Notes: generated by a model from the sequence alone, not told the origin. Shown: positions 31,232 through 41,809, counted from the first letter of the stretch. The stretch: 64,000 nt of DNA from an uncultured Planctomycetia bacterium (GCA_964406665.1 CAYOSQ010000003.1:186558-250557); one strand, 5' to 3'. Translations and numbers: made by a program.

Positions 31232-32494
31232 ATGGATTTAAAAAATAAAAAAGTTACAATTTTTGGTTTGGGAAAAAGTGGATTAGATTTAGTTTTGCTG
31301 CTTGATGGTTTGGGAGCAAAAGTTTATATTACTGACGAGAAAGACAGCCTTCAGGCACGAGAGAATGCAGAAAAGATTCAAGGAAAGGCTAAAGTCGAAA
31401 TAGGAAAACATAGCGAGGCATTTATTGAGGGAAGTGATTTAGTGGTGCTAAGTCCCGGAGTGCGACAGGATTTACCAATTCTTTTAAAAATTAAAGAAAA
31501 AGGAATTATGGTTATTGGAGAGATCGAATTAGCTGCTTCTCTTTGCAAGGGAACTATTGTTGCTATAACCGGAACTAACGGAAAAAGCACTGTTACTACT
31601 TTGGCATCTGAAGTGCTTAAACTTTCAGGAAAAAATGTATTTCTCTGCGGTAATATCGGCATACCATTCAGTCGCTGCATACCTAAAATTCAGAAGGATG
31701 ATATTGCTTGTCTAGAGGTGAGTTCCTTTCAGCTTGAAACCACTAAGAATTTTAAACCAAAGGTCGCAGCATTTTTAAACTTTAGTAGAAATCATCTAAA
31801 TCGGCACAAAGACATGGATGAATATTTTCAGGCTAAAAAAATGATATTTGCTAATCAGGACAAAACTGATTGGGCTGTATTGAATGAGCGCGATGAAATT
31901 GTCAAGAATATTGCTGGAGAAATAAAGTCCCAGGTTGTGTATTTTAACAAGTCTAACGAAGATCCTGGTAAATTTTCTAATCCTAATTATTCTGCAGTCA
32001 GAGCAATAGCTTCGATCTTTGGAATAAGCAGTGATGAGTGCAATAAAGTTTTCAATAATTTTAAGGGATTAGAGCACCGTATGGAATTTGTCAGTACAGT
32101 TAAAGGAATTGATTTTATTAATGATTCTAAGGCTACAACAGTTGTTGCTGCTCTTTGGGCGCTTAGAAGTGTTAGTAAGCCGGTTGTGATGATTGTCGGT
32201 GGTCGAGATAAGGGAGGGGATTTTACAGTTATTAAAGATTTGGCAGTTGAGAAAGTTAAAGAATTGATTGTCATTGGTGAGGCAAAAGAAAAAATAAAAT
32301 CAGCTTTAAAAGATTTTCTTAATATAAAAGAATCTCAGAGTTTTCAAGAAGCGGTAAAGCTAGCTTTTGCCGACGCTAAAGAAAATGAATGTGTTTTGCT
32401 TTCTCCTATGTGTGCTAGTTTTGATATGTTTTCAAGTTTTGAAGAAAGAGGGAAAGTATTTAAGGAATTAGTAAGCGAGTTAGCCTATGCGTAA
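31232..32494 (+). CDS. murD: UDP-MurNAc-L-Ala:D-Glu ligase
   Basis: GLGKSG, SPG, ITGTNGKSTVT, EVSSFQL, NDSKAT and LLSP.CASFD motifs. Confidence 0.96.
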   Translation: MDLKNKKVTIFGLGKSGLDLVLLLDGLGAKVYITDEKDSLQARENAEKIQGKAKVEIGKHSEAFIEGSDLVVLSPGVRQDLPILLKIKEKGIMVIGEIELAASLCKGTIVAITGTNGKSTVTTLASEVLKLSGKNVFLCGNIGIPFSRCIPKIQKDDIACLEVSSFQLETTKNFKPKVAAFLNFSRNHLNRHKDMDEYFQAKKMIFANQDKTDWAVLNERDEIVKNIAGEIKSQVVYFNKSNEDPGKFSNPNYSAVRAIASIFGISSDECNKVFNNFKGLEHRMEFVSTVKGIDFINDSKATTVVAALWALRSVSKPVVMIVGGRDKGGDFTVIKDLAVEKVKELIVIGEAKEKIKSALKDFLNIKESQSFQEAVKLAFADAKENECVLLSPMCASFDMFSSFEERGKVFKELVSELAYA

Positions 32495-33575
32495 CACAAG
32501 AATATTTCTGGTTATGACAACTGCCGTATTGATTTGCATCGGCATTGTTATGATATATAGTTCTAGTAGTATTTTTTCCTGGAAAAACTTAAGCGAAAGT
32601 ACTTATTTTCTTAAAAGACACGTAATCTATATTATAGTAGGCTTGCTATCTAGTTTAGCAGTCATGGCAATTGACTATCGTGTATTACAAAAATACTCAA
32701 GGGTAATTCTAGGAGTTGCCTTGTTGCTTCTGCTTTTGGTTTTGATACCGGGGATAGGTAGAGAGATTGGCGGAGCAAGAAGGTGGTTTAGATTTTTCGG
32801 CTTTAGCTTTCAGCCTTCAGAAATTGTCAAAATAGCATTTATAATTTATTTTGCAGACTTTCTCTCCCGTAAACAAAACCAGGTTAAGAATCTATTTCAC
32901 GGATTTGTTCCTGCTATGATAGTTATGGGAGTTATTGCTTTGGCGATATTATTGCAGCCGGATTTAGGTACTTCAATTGTTATTGTTGTTATAGGTTTTA
33001 CTATGTTTTTCTTAGCTGGTGGAAAAATAAAACATCTAGCAATTACTATTTTGTGTGCGCTGCCTGGTTTTTACTTTTTGATTTGGAATTCTTCCTATAG
33101 AAGAGCGCGTATAATTTCATTCTGGAATCCCTGGGCAGATCCTCAGGGAAGTGGTTTTCAACTTATCCAATCTCAGCTGGCCTTAGGCTCTGGAGGAATT
33201 TTTGGTGTCGGCTTAGGCCAGAGTAAACAGAAACTGTTTTATTTGCCCGCCGCTCATACAGATTTTATCTTTTCTATAATCGGAGAAGAAGGTGGGCTTA
33301 TTGGAACTTTATCAATGGTGATTATTTTTGCTCTTTTTTTGTGGCAGGTAGCTAGAATAGTTCGTCGGGCACCTGATAATTTTGGATATTTTACAAGCTG
33401 TGGAATATTTGTTATGTTAGCCTTTGAATCGATAGTTAATATGGGAGTTGCTACAGGAAGTTTACCCACCAAGGGATTACCTCTTCCGTTTATAAGTTAC
33501 GGGGGTTCAGCTTTGGTGATTGCAATGATGAGCGTTGCTTTATTGTTGAATATTTCAAGAACTAGGGAAATATGA
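32487..33575 (+). CDS. ftsW: SEDS peptidoglycan polymerase FtsW
   Basis: GARRW, QPSE, QPDLG, LP.AHTDFIF and KGL.LPFISYGGS motifs. Confidence 0.96.
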   Translation: MRNTRIFLVMTTAVLICIGIVMIYSSSSIFSWKNLSESTYFLKRHVIYIIVGLLSSLAVMAIDYRVLQKYSRVILGVALLLLLLVLIPGIGREIGGARRWFRFFGFSFQPSEIVKIAFIIYFADFLSRKQNQVKNLFHGFVPAMIVMGVIALAILLQPDLGTSIVIVVIGFTMFFLAGGKIKHLAITILCALPGFYFLIWNSSYRRARIISFWNPWADPQGSGFQLIQSQLALGSGGIFGVGLGQSKQKLFYLPAAHTDFIFSIIGEEGGLIGTLSMVIIFALFLWQVARIVRRAPDNFGYFTSCGIFVMLAFESIVNMGVATGSLPTKGLPLPFISYGGSALVIAMMSVALLLNISRTREI

Positions 33576-34657
33576 AAGTATTAATTGCATGTGGTGGTAC
33601 AGGTGGGCATGTTTTTCCCGCTATTGCTTTAGCCCAAGAGCTACAAAAGAAAGAAATTGAAATCCTTTTCTTGGGGACTAAGCGTAAAATGGATTCTTAT
33701 GTTTCCCAGAAAGGATTTAAATCAGTAAGTCTTGATATTACTGCGATTTCTTTTAGTTCAATAAAAAAATTATTAAGATCACTCTTAAAGCTTATAAAAG
33801 CAACATTAGATTCTTTTTCTTTATTGTTTAAGTTTAAACCTGATGTAGCAGTTGGTTTTGGCGGATATGTTTCTGGTCCAGTTATGTTTGCTGCTTATAT
33901 TATGCGTATACCTACGGTTATTCATGAGCAAAATGTAAAGCTCGGTAAGGCAAATTATATCTTATCTAAATTAGTTGATAATGTTGCTATAACTTTTGAG
34001 CAAAGCAGATGTTATGGAGCTCCCAAGAAATCCGTATTAACCGGCTGTCCCATAAGGAAGGAACTTCTACAAGTTGATGAAAGCAAAGCGTTAGATTATT
34101 TTGGTTTTAAGAAAGATGCCTTTACAGTATTTATTATGGGAGGAAGTCAGGGAAGTCACAAAATAAATAAAGAGTCTCTCAAGGCTTTTTCGAAATTTAA
34201 AGCAAAAAGCAATTTACAGGTTATTCACATATCCGGAAGTAGTGATTTTGAAATTGTTAAAGAAGAATATAAAAAAATAGGAATTAATGCTGAAACTTTC
34301 GAATTTTTTGATAAAATAGAATATGCTTATAGAGTTTCCGATCTTTTAATTGCTCGTGCGGGTGCATCAACGATATCTGAAGCAGTGGCATTCAATTTAC
34401 CTGCAGTTATTATTCCTTATCCATTTGCAGGAGGGCATCAGCTGTTGAATGCAAAATTCCTTTCTGATAAAGGTGCCGCAGTTTTGATTAAAGACAGTGA
34501 TTTATCAGAGAAATCTTTACTAAAGTATTTAGAAGAATTTTATTCAGATAGAGATAGCTTGCGGGAGTTAGAAAAAAGTTTAAAAAAGATTTCAGTGCTA
34601 GAAGCTGATAGGCTTTTATCTAAATTGATTTTAGAAGCGGGAGAAGTTAATGATTAG
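33572..34657 (+). CDS. murG: Lipid II GlcNAc transferase
   Basis: GGTGGHVFP, HEQN, GGSQG, RAGASTISE and HQ..NA motifs. Confidence 0.96.
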   Translation: MKVLIACGGTGGHVFPAIALAQELQKKEIEILFLGTKRKMDSYVSQKGFKSVSLDITAISFSSIKKLLRSLLKLIKATLDSFSLLFKFKPDVAVGFGGYVSGPVMFAAYIMRIPTVIHEQNVKLGKANYILSKLVDNVAITFEQSRCYGAPKKSVLTGCPIRKELLQVDESKALDYFGFKKDAFTVFIMGGSQGSHKINKESLKAFSKFKAKSNLQVIHISGSSDFEIVKEEYKKIGINAETFEFFDKIEYAYRVSDLLIARAGASTISEAVAFNLPAVIIPYPFAGGHQLLNAKFLSDKGAAVLIKDSDLSEKSLLKYLEEFYSDRDSLRELEKSLKKISVLEADRLLSKLILEAGEVND

Positions 34658-35432
34658 AAAAATATTCTTAGCAATCTTGGTTGTTTGTTTAGTGGCACCA
34701 GTTGTATTCTCTAAAGATAAAGAATGGGAAGTTAAAAAGAGCACGCATTTTATCGTCTATTATAAAGAAGCTCCCAAAGAATTTATCGAGAATATCATAG
34801 AGTCCGCAGAAGACTATTATCATTCTATTAGTAGTGAATTGGGTTTAAGAAGAAAGGATTACTGGCTCTGGGATGATAGAGCGAAAATATATATCCATAG
34901 CAATAAGGATGAGTACGTAAAAGCTTCCGGCCAGCCACATTGGTCAAGTGGCTCGGCACTTTATGAACTAAAGACCATTCATACATATCCTCTTGCTTCT
35001 GGTTTTTTTGATACATTGTTGCCTCATGAGTTGGGACATATAATTTTCAGAGAGTTTATTGGTTTTAGAAGAGATATCCCTATTTGGTTAGATGAGGGAA
35101 TTGCTATGTATCAGGAAAAAGCTAGGCGCTGGGGTTCAAATGATGTGGTTAAGAAAGCAATAAAAGATGGTAGTTTCATACCGCTTGATGAACTTTCAAA
35201 AATGAGATTGTGGTCTGGCTTAGGAGACGAGACGATTACTTTGTTTTATGCAGAGTCAACCAGTGTTGTTTATTTCCTTCTTCAAGAATATGGCAGGCAT
35301 AGTTTTATCAAATTTTGCAGAGAATTAAGAGACGGCAAAGAGCTGGAAGAGGCTTTTGATGATGCATATGTCCGTTTTGATACTTTTGAAGAACTTAATA
35401 CAGCTTGGGTAAGATATTTAGAAAATGAATAA
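34650..35432 (+). CDS. Exported zinc metallopeptidase (peptidase MA-like gluzincin)
   Basis: Signal peptide; HELGH ... P.WLDEGIA. Confidence 0.85.
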   Translation: MIRKIFLAILVVCLVAPVVFSKDKEWEVKKSTHFIVYYKEAPKEFIENIIESAEDYYHSISSELGLRRKDYWLWDDRAKIYIHSNKDEYVKASGQPHWSSGSALYELKTIHTYPLASGFFDTLLPHELGHIIFREFIGFRRDIPIWLDEGIAMYQEKARRWGSNDVVKKAIKDGSFIPLDELSKMRLWSGLGDETITLFYAESTSVVYFLLQEYGRHSFIKFCRELRDGKELEEAFDDAYVRFDTFEELNTAWVRYLENE

Positions 35433-36804
35433 ATCAATACATTTTATCGGCATCGGTGGCATTGGTATGAGCGGTATTGCTCAGATTATGATAAGGCAGG
35501 GTTATCGTGTTAGTGGTTCAGATGTAAAGGATGGCCCTAATTGTGAGCGCTTAAAAGCTTTAGGAGTAGAGGTTTCTATAGGTCATAGCCAAGATAATAT
35601 TAAAGACGATGTTGATTTAGTAGTTTATTCTTCTGCAATAAAACAGGATAATAGCGAGTTATTTGCTGCAGCTGAAAAACACATCCCTATTCTTAAGCGT
35701 GCTCAGGTATTAGCAGATTTGATGAAAGACAAGATAGGCATTTCTGTTGCCGGAGCCCACGGAAAAACCACAACTACCTCATTAGCTTCTTTTGTGCTTA
35801 ATCATGCGGGGTTACTCCCGACGGTTGTTGCCGGTGGCATAGTAATTAATTTTAATGATAATGCTATGCTTGGTGATAGTAATTATTTTGTTGCAGAGAT
35901 GGATGAAAGCGACGGGTCATTTTTATATTTTAAGCCCACTTATGCCACAGTTACAAATATTGATTATGAACATGTTGATTATTATCATAGTTGGGAAAAC
36001 ATTGTAGATGCATATAGAAGATTTATTAATCTTGTTAAGCCCGATGGTTGTTTATTTGCCTGTCTAGACAACGAGCATGTTGAGAGCTTAATAAAATCTT
36101 ACAGCGGAAAATGTATTACGTTCGGTTTATCTGACAGGTGTGATATATATGCTGAAAAAATAGAATCGAAAAACTTCGTTTCGACCTTTTATTGTATATA
36201 CAAAGGAAAAACTTTAGGAAAAATAGAATTAAAAGTTCCAGGCAAGCACAATATTTCTAATGCTCTTTCTGTTATTGCCTTAGCATTAGAACTGAAAATT
36301 GATTTTAAGGTTATTCAAAAAGCTCTAGCTTTGTATAAAGGGGTACAGAGAAGATTCCAAATTAAACCATGTGAAAATAATATAACTATTGTTGATGATT
36401 ATGGACATCACCCCACAGAAATAGAAGCTACTTTAGAGGCTTTGAATTCTAATAATACAAAAAACTCAATCGTAATATTTCAGCCACATCGCTATACTAG
36501 AACTAAATTTCTTATGGATGAATTTGTAAGAAGTTTAAGCAAGGCCGAAAATCTTATAATCACAGATATTTATCCTGCAAGCGAAAAACCTATCGAAGGT
36601 GTAAGTGCGATGAATATGTGCGAGAGATTAAAAAACCTAAATTGCAACAATGTGCAGTTTATTCCTAAAGAAAGAATAGTTGAGCACGTAACGAAAATCG
36701 CAAAGCAGGGAGATTTTATTTTGACTTTAGGCGCAGGAGATATTGGAAGGATTTCTGATGAGTTATTATCAAGCATTAAAGAAAATAATAAAGGGAAAAA
36801 TTAA
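35425..36804 (+). CDS. murC: UDP-MurNAc:L-Ala ligase
   Basis: HFIGIGGIGMSG, AG.HGKTTT, E.DESDGSF, DDYGHHPTE and FQPHRYTR motifs. Confidence 0.97.
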   Translation: MNKSIHFIGIGGIGMSGIAQIMIRQGYRVSGSDVKDGPNCERLKALGVEVSIGHSQDNIKDDVDLVVYSSAIKQDNSELFAAAEKHIPILKRAQVLADLMKDKIGISVAGAHGKTTTTSLASFVLNHAGLLPTVVAGGIVINFNDNAMLGDSNYFVAEMDESDGSFLYFKPTYATVTNIDYEHVDYYHSWENIVDAYRRFINLVKPDGCLFACLDNEHVESLIKSYSGKCITFGLSDRCDIYAEKIESKNFVSTFYCIYKGKTLGKIELKVPGKHNISNALSVIALALELKIDFKVIQKALALYKGVQRRFQIKPCENNITIVDDYGHHPTEIEATLEALNSNNTKNSIVIFQPHRYTRTKFLMDEFVRSLSKAENLIITDIYPASEKPIEGVSAMNMCERLKNLNCNNVQFIPKERIVEHVTKIAKQGDFILTLGAGDIGRISDELLSSIKENNKGKN

Positions 36805-37708
36805 GCAAAAAGAGTCTTTGGCACATCACACTACTCTTAGAATAGGTGGTCCGGCAGCTGCATGGGTGGAACCAAAGGATCTTGAGGATTTGAAGGCTGT
36901 TGTTAAATTTGCCTATGATAAAAAGATTTCTTTGTTTTGTATTGGAGCAGGAAGTAATCTCCTTGTAGGCGATAAAGGTATAGACGGGATAATTGTAAAA
37001 CTAAATTCACCGTTTTTTAAGACAGTAGAGAAAATAAACAAAAATCATATTGTTGCATCAGGTGGAGCTCATCTTAAGGATTTAATAAGTTTCGCACACG
37101 GAAATTACCTTACTGGATGTGAATTTTTAATCGGTATTCCTGGTTCAATCGGTGGCGCATTAGCAATGAATGCAGGAATAAATATTTATTATAAAAGAAG
37201 ACGCAGGAAACATTACATTTCCGATATTGTAAAAGAAGTTACAGTAATGGATTTTCGAGGTCGGATAAGAACGTTGAAGAATAAGAATATCAGTTTTGGT
37301 TATAGAGCATCAAGTCTATCACATTTTATTGTGATTAGTGCGAAGTTTCTTTTGCATCAGGCAACAAAAATTGATATCAGGCGTGAAGAGAAACGATATT
37401 TAAACGCAAGAAAATCAACCAGCAATTTAAGATACCCAAATGCCGGTTGTGTGTTTAGAAATCCTGAACTAAATTCAGCATTTAAGTTAAGAGATTATTC
37501 ATTTTCTGCCGGATGGTTTATTGATCAGTGTGATTTAAAAGGCAAACGCATAAATGATGCTGCTATTTCCAATAAACATGCAAACTATATAGTTAACCGT
37601 GGTAAAGCTAAAGCTAAAGACGTGCTCTCGCTTATACAGTTGGTTCAGTGTACTGTAAAAAATAGGTTTAATATAGATTTAGTTTCGGAGATTAAAATTA
37701 TATGTTAA
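36758..37708 (+). CDS. murB: UDP-N-acetylenolpyruvoylglucosamine reductase
   Basis: TT.RIGG.A, GAGSNLL, GIPG.IGG...MNAG, AG.VFRNP and KHAN motifs. Confidence 0.95.
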   Translation: MSYYQALKKIIKGKIKQKESLAHHTTLRIGGPAAAWVEPKDLEDLKAVVKFAYDKKISLFCIGAGSNLLVGDKGIDGIIVKLNSPFFKTVEKINKNHIVASGGAHLKDLISFAHGNYLTGCEFLIGIPGSIGGALAMNAGINIYYKRRRRKHYISDIVKEVTVMDFRGRIRTLKNKNISFGYRASSLSHFIVISAKFLLHQATKIDIRREEKRYLNARKSTSNLRYPNAGCVFRNPELNSAFKLRDYSFSAGWFIDQCDLKGKRINDAAISNKHANYIVNRGKAKAKDVLSLIQLVQCTVKNRFNIDLVSEIKIIC

Positions 37709-38664
37709 ACATGGAAAAAAATTGCAATTCAAAGTTTGGAAAAATTGGCGTTCTTATGGGAGGGGTTTCTTCTGAGAGAGATATATCGCTAAAGTCAGGC
37801 AAGGCAATTTATGATGCCTTAGGTAAAAACGGATGTAATGTTATGCCTCTTGATTTGACCACAGAAACAAAGCAACAGGTAAAGTCTTTCCTGAAGGCCT
37901 CTAAAATCTCAATTGCTTTTATTGCTTTGCACGGACGTTTTGGGGAAGATGGAGCCATTCAGGAAATTTTAAATGAAATGAGCATACCTTATACTGGTTC
38001 TGGTGTTCTTGCCAGCAGATCTGCAATTGATAAAATTGTTTCGCATAAGATTTTTGAGCGCTATAATGTTCCGTCACCGCGCTATAGTGTAATCTCCAGG
38101 GATAAAAGCTCAGATCTAAATTTGCAGATAAAGAGCCTAGATTCATCCGCCGTTGTTGTTAAGCCGGCTAGTCAGGGTTCAAGTATTGGTGTTACTATAG
38201 TAAAGAGTAGAGATAATCTTCAGCATGCGGTTGATTATGCTTTTGATTATGAAGATAGAATAATTATTGAAGAATATATCCCTGGTAGAGAAATGACCGT
38301 TGGGATTTTTGAGGATAAGCCTTTGCCGATCATTGAAATTATACCTAAAAAGAGTTTCTTTGATTTTCAGGCAAAGTACGAAAAAGGAATGACAGAATAT
38401 ACAAAAGACGTTAATTTACCTGAAAATGTATACAAAAAAGTTCAGGAAGTAGCTTTAAACGCACACTTAGCGCTAGGCTGTAAAGATTTCTCCCGAGTAG
38501 ATTTGATGTTAAAGGAAGATGATTCTTATGTTTTAGAGGTCAATACTATCCCTGGGTTTACCGCAACAAGTTTGCTGCCAAAGGCAGCAAGTGCGGTGGA
38601 TGTTGATTTTCCACGTCTGTGTATTCGTTTACTGGAGTTAGCTCATGGCAAAAAAGAAGAATAA
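37702..38664 (+). CDS. ddl: D-Ala-D-Ala ligase
   Basis: MGG.SSER.ISL.SG, LHG..GEDG, VKP...GSS.G and LEVNTIPG motifs. Confidence 0.96.
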   Translation: MLNMEKNCNSKFGKIGVLMGGVSSERDISLKSGKAIYDALGKNGCNVMPLDLTTETKQQVKSFLKASKISIAFIALHGRFGEDGAIQEILNEMSIPYTGSGVLASRSAIDKIVSHKIFERYNVPSPRYSVISRDKSSDLNLQIKSLDSSAVVVKPASQGSSIGVTIVKSRDNLQHAVDYAFDYEDRIIIEEYIPGREMTVGIFEDKPLPIIEIIPKKSFFDFQAKYEKGMTEYTKDVNLPENVYKKVQEVALNAHLALGCKDFSRVDLMLKEDDSYVLEVNTIPGFTATSLLPKAASAVDVDFPRLCIRLLELAHGKKEE

Positions 38665-39409
38665 AAAGAATAAAAAATCAAAGAAAATAAATGTTTTTCC
38701 TATCGCTTTAGGGATTATCGTTGCAGCAATTTTATGTTTTGTTTCTTTTAAGTTTTTTATTTTTATTAAAGGAATGGATAATTTTAAAGTTGAGAATATT
38801 TCTTGTCTCACAGAAGACTATCCTGCACTTGTAAATAAAATAAAAAGTATAAAGGGCAGGAATATTTTTTCCTTAGATTTAGATTATCTTGAGAGAAGGC
38901 TTATCAATAGCTTCCCGGGCATATATCAAGTGAGACTGCTTCGTGAGTTTCCTGATGAAGTAATAATCGATTATAAAAAACGAATTCCACTGGCAAAGCT
39001 ATATTATGGAAACAAGTATTATTTTATTGATAAAGAAGCTGTTGTTTTGCCGTATCGAGAAAATTTTTCTCAAGGCAATCTTTCAATCATTAGAGGAATA
39101 AAAATTAAGCCTGATAAATTGAAGACGGGTAGGGCAATAAGTGGTAAAAATTTCAGATTAGCACTTTATTTGGTAAGTGAACTTAATTCAGTTAACGAAT
39201 TTTTCGATTTTATTCCCCTTACCATAGATATTTCCAATAACAATAATATAGTATTTTATCTCGATAAAGTAGAAATACGTATCGGTCTAGAAAATCAGAA
39301 AGAAAGATTAGGGATCCTAAGGATACTTCTTAGACAGCCAGATATTGATTTGGGTAATATTAAATATATTGATTTGCGGTTTAAAGAACCGATTGTAGGA
39401 AAAAAATGA
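38645..39409 (+). CDS. ftsQ: Cell division protein FtsQ/DivIB
   Basis: Basic N-tail, TM helix, POTRA-like region and C-terminal YIDLRF. Confidence 0.88.
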   Translation: MAKKKNKKNKKSKKINVFPIALGIIVAAILCFVSFKFFIFIKGMDNFKVENISCLTEDYPALVNKIKSIKGRNIFSLDLDYLERRLINSFPGIYQVRLLREFPDEVIIDYKKRIPLAKLYYGNKYYFIDKEAVVLPYRENFSQGNLSIIRGIKIKPDKLKTGRAISGKNFRLALYLVSELNSVNEFFDFIPLTIDISNNNNIVFYLDKVEIRIGLENQKERLGILRILLRQPDIDLGNIKYIDLRFKEPIVGKK

Positions 39410-40623
39410 GAAATAAAACAATTTTCGCAGTTGATATCGGAGATACTTCCATAGTCGCTGTTTTAGCTGAAGTCGATAGGAAAGGCAAAGTTCTTTCTAT
39501 CGATTTTTCTGACGGAAAAAGCAGGGGGATTAGTCAGGGAGTAATAAGCGATATCCAAATGTTGGCTGATTCTCTGCATAAAGTTATTGAGAGTCTAAAA
39601 AGTAAAACAAAGAAAGACGTTCATGAAGCATATATTAATGTTTCTAATTGTAGTTGTCAGATAAAACACAGCCATGCTGTTATGCCTTTAACTGAAAGAG
39701 GCAGCAAAATTATCACCCAGGATGATATAAAAAATATTAATAACCAGGCTCGTCTTCTGGGATTGAATATTGACGAGGAGGTAATTTATTGTACTCCTTT
39801 AGAGTATAGAGTTGACGGCCACGGTCCGCGCAAAAATCCTTTAGGCCTATATGGTAGGAAACTTGAAGTTTCGCTTTTGATGGTCATTATAAAAATGGGC
39901 TATAAAGAAAATTTAATTAAAATGCTTAACCACACAGGGATTGAAGCTAGAGATCTGGTGTTTTCGTCTTTGGCTACAAGTCTTTCTGTGTTAGAAGAAG
40001 ACCAGAAGCAGCAGGGCTGTGTTTTGTTGGATATCGGCGCGACCACAACAAGCTTTTTAGTTTTCAAAGATGGTGGTTTGGTTGAAGTTGATGTAATCCC
40101 ATTTGGTGGTAGGGCTATTACAGAAAGCATTGCCGCAAAAGCTAAAATTCCAAATGACCTTGCTGAAGATTTGAAGAAGTCTTACGCTCTGGCATTTTGT
40201 GAAGATATTGATGAGAATGATGAAATTCTGATAAAGAAAAGCTCTGCATATCTTCCTATAAAAAGAAAACTTATCTGTGAGGCGGCTCAGTCAGAGTTGG
40301 CAAAATTTATATCACTTCTTCTGGAAAAAATTGAAAAGGTAAGAACAGTTGCAACCGGAGGTGTTGTTATTACCGGTGGTGCTGCTCAAATGGATGGTTT
40401 GGCAGAGTTAATCGAGAATAAATTACATATGCCTACGAAAGTAGGTAAAATAAAAGGGATATTTTTATCTTCTACAAAAGCCTCGCTTTATTCTACCGCA
40501 ATAGGTCTTGTTTCTTATGCGGTAGATAAGCAAATATTGCGCAAGGGCGTTGCTGATTTAGGTAAAGGATATTTAAAATCGCTTATGCTAAAGGTAAAAA
40601 ATCTGTATCAGGATTATTTTTAA
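39406..40623 (+). CDS. ftsA: Cell division protein FtsA
   Basis: DIG, S.GI..G.I.D, NPLGL.G..LE, LLDIGA.TT, GG..IT and VITGG motifs. Confidence 0.92.
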   Translation: MRNKTIFAVDIGDTSIVAVLAEVDRKGKVLSIDFSDGKSRGISQGVISDIQMLADSLHKVIESLKSKTKKDVHEAYINVSNCSCQIKHSHAVMPLTERGSKIITQDDIKNINNQARLLGLNIDEEVIYCTPLEYRVDGHGPRKNPLGLYGRKLEVSLLMVIIKMGYKENLIKMLNHTGIEARDLVFSSLATSLSVLEEDQKQQGCVLLDIGATTTSFLVFKDGGLVEVDVIPFGGRAITESIAAKAKIPNDLAEDLKKSYALAFCEDIDENDEILIKKSSAYLPIKRKLICEAAQSELAKFISLLLEKIEKVRTVATGGVVITGGAAQMDGLAELIENKLHMPTKVGKIKGIFLSSTKASLYSTAIGLVSYAVDKQILRKGVADLGKGYLKSLMLKVKNLYQDYF

Positions 40624-40642
40624 TTAAGAATGGTGAAAAACC

Positions 40643-40671
40643 TTGACATTTGTTCTATTATGATTTAGATT
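40643..40671 (+). promoter_or_regulatory. Sigma70 promoter starting a new unit directly after ftsA
   Basis: TTGACA (40643-48), 17 nt, TAGATT (40666-71). Confidence 0.6.
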
Positions 40672-40692
40672 TAGATTGAAAGGGAGGAAGAT

Positions 40693-41016
40693 ATGGTCAA
40701 AACAAAAAGAACTAAAAGTGTAAAGCGAGCAAAAAAATCAACTAGGTCATCTAGTGCTAAAAGGATGATGCAATTCTTGCTGGATGCTCCCCAAGCCAGC
40801 AGAGTAAGTGTTGCTGGAAGTTTTAACAACTGGGATACTCAATCATTGTCAGCCAAGAGAGACAAAAAAGGTACGTGGAAAGTTCGCTTATCTCTTCCTA
40901 AGGGAAGGCATGAGTATCGTTTTATTGTTGATGATCAGTGGTGGAGTGATCCTCGCAGCAGCGAATGCGTATCAAATGAATTTGGTAGTATTAATAATGT
41001 GCTGGAAGTAAAATAA
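40693..41016 (+). CDS. CBM48/AMPK-like glycogen-binding domain protein with a basic N-tail
   Basis: V.VAGSFNNW, W...L.L..G.HEYRFIVD..W..DP and NEFG..N motifs. Confidence 0.88.
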   Translation: MVKTKRTKSVKRAKKSTRSSSAKRMMQFLLDAPQASRVSVAGSFNNWDTQSLSAKRDKKGTWKVRLSLPKGRHEYRFIVDDQWWSDPRSSECVSNEFGSINNVLEVK

Positions 41017-41043
41017 TTTTTTGTGCTAAAAAAGCTTAGATAG

Positions 41044-41071
41044 AAAGGGATAGAAACAACTATCCCTTTTT
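41044..41071 (+). terminator. Rho-independent terminator
   Basis: aaagggatag-aaacaa-ctatcccttt followed by tt. Confidence 0.7.
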
Positions 41072-41083
41072 GTACAAAAATAT

Positions 41084-41803
41084 ATGAAATATATCTATGG
41101 CCCGGTAAAGTCAAGAAGGTTGGGTGCCTCCCTTGGGATAAGCCTAACACCTTATAAAGTTTGTAGTTTCGACTGTATTTATTGTCAATTGGGACGCACA
41201 ACTAAAAAAACCCAACAAAGATCACAGTACATAAACATTGCTGAAGTTTTAAAAGAGCTTCAAGCTTTCCTCGGAATTCAAGAATCTAATGATGAAAAGA
41301 TAGATTATATCACCCTCGCTGGTTTCGGCGAGCCTACACTTAATAGCAATATCGAAGAATTAATCCTATCAATTAAAAGACTTACCTCAATACCTATTGT
41401 TATACTAACAAATAGTTCTCTGTTGTCTTTAGCAGAAGTACGCAAGGCTTTATTGAATGCCGATATTGTTATGCCGACTCTTTGTTCAGTAGAGGAAGAC
41501 GATTTCGAACTGATTAATCGTCCTGTAAGAGATTTAAAGATAAAAGATATTGTCAAAGGGCTTATAGAATTTCGTAAAATATTTAATGGTAAGATTTGGC
41601 TTGAGATAATGGTTATTAAAGGTGTAAACGATAGCGTTGTTAAGATGAAAAAAATCGAAGAGATTATTAGTCAAATAAAACCAGATAAAGTATTTTTAAA
41701 TTCTCCTGTGCGTCCACCATCAGAGGAGTTTATTGAGCCGGCTGATAAAAGAACGCTTATCAGGATGCGCGAATCTCTAGGAGATAATGTTGAGATTATA
41801 TAA
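41084..41803 (+). CDS. Radical SAM protein
   Basis: YGPVKSRRLG.SLGI, CSFDCIYC and GEPTL motifs. Confidence 0.9.
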   Translation: MKYIYGPVKSRRLGASLGISLTPYKVCSFDCIYCQLGRTTKKTQQRSQYINIAEVLKELQAFLGIQESNDEKIDYITLAGFGEPTLNSNIEELILSIKRLTSIPIVILTNSSLLSLAEVRKALLNADIVMPTLCSVEEDDFELINRPVRDLKIKDIVKGLIEFRKIFNGKIWLEIMVIKGVNDSVVKMKKIEEIISQIKPDKVFLNSPVRPPSEEFIEPADKRTLIRMRESLGDNVEII

Positions 41804-41809
41804 TTTTAT

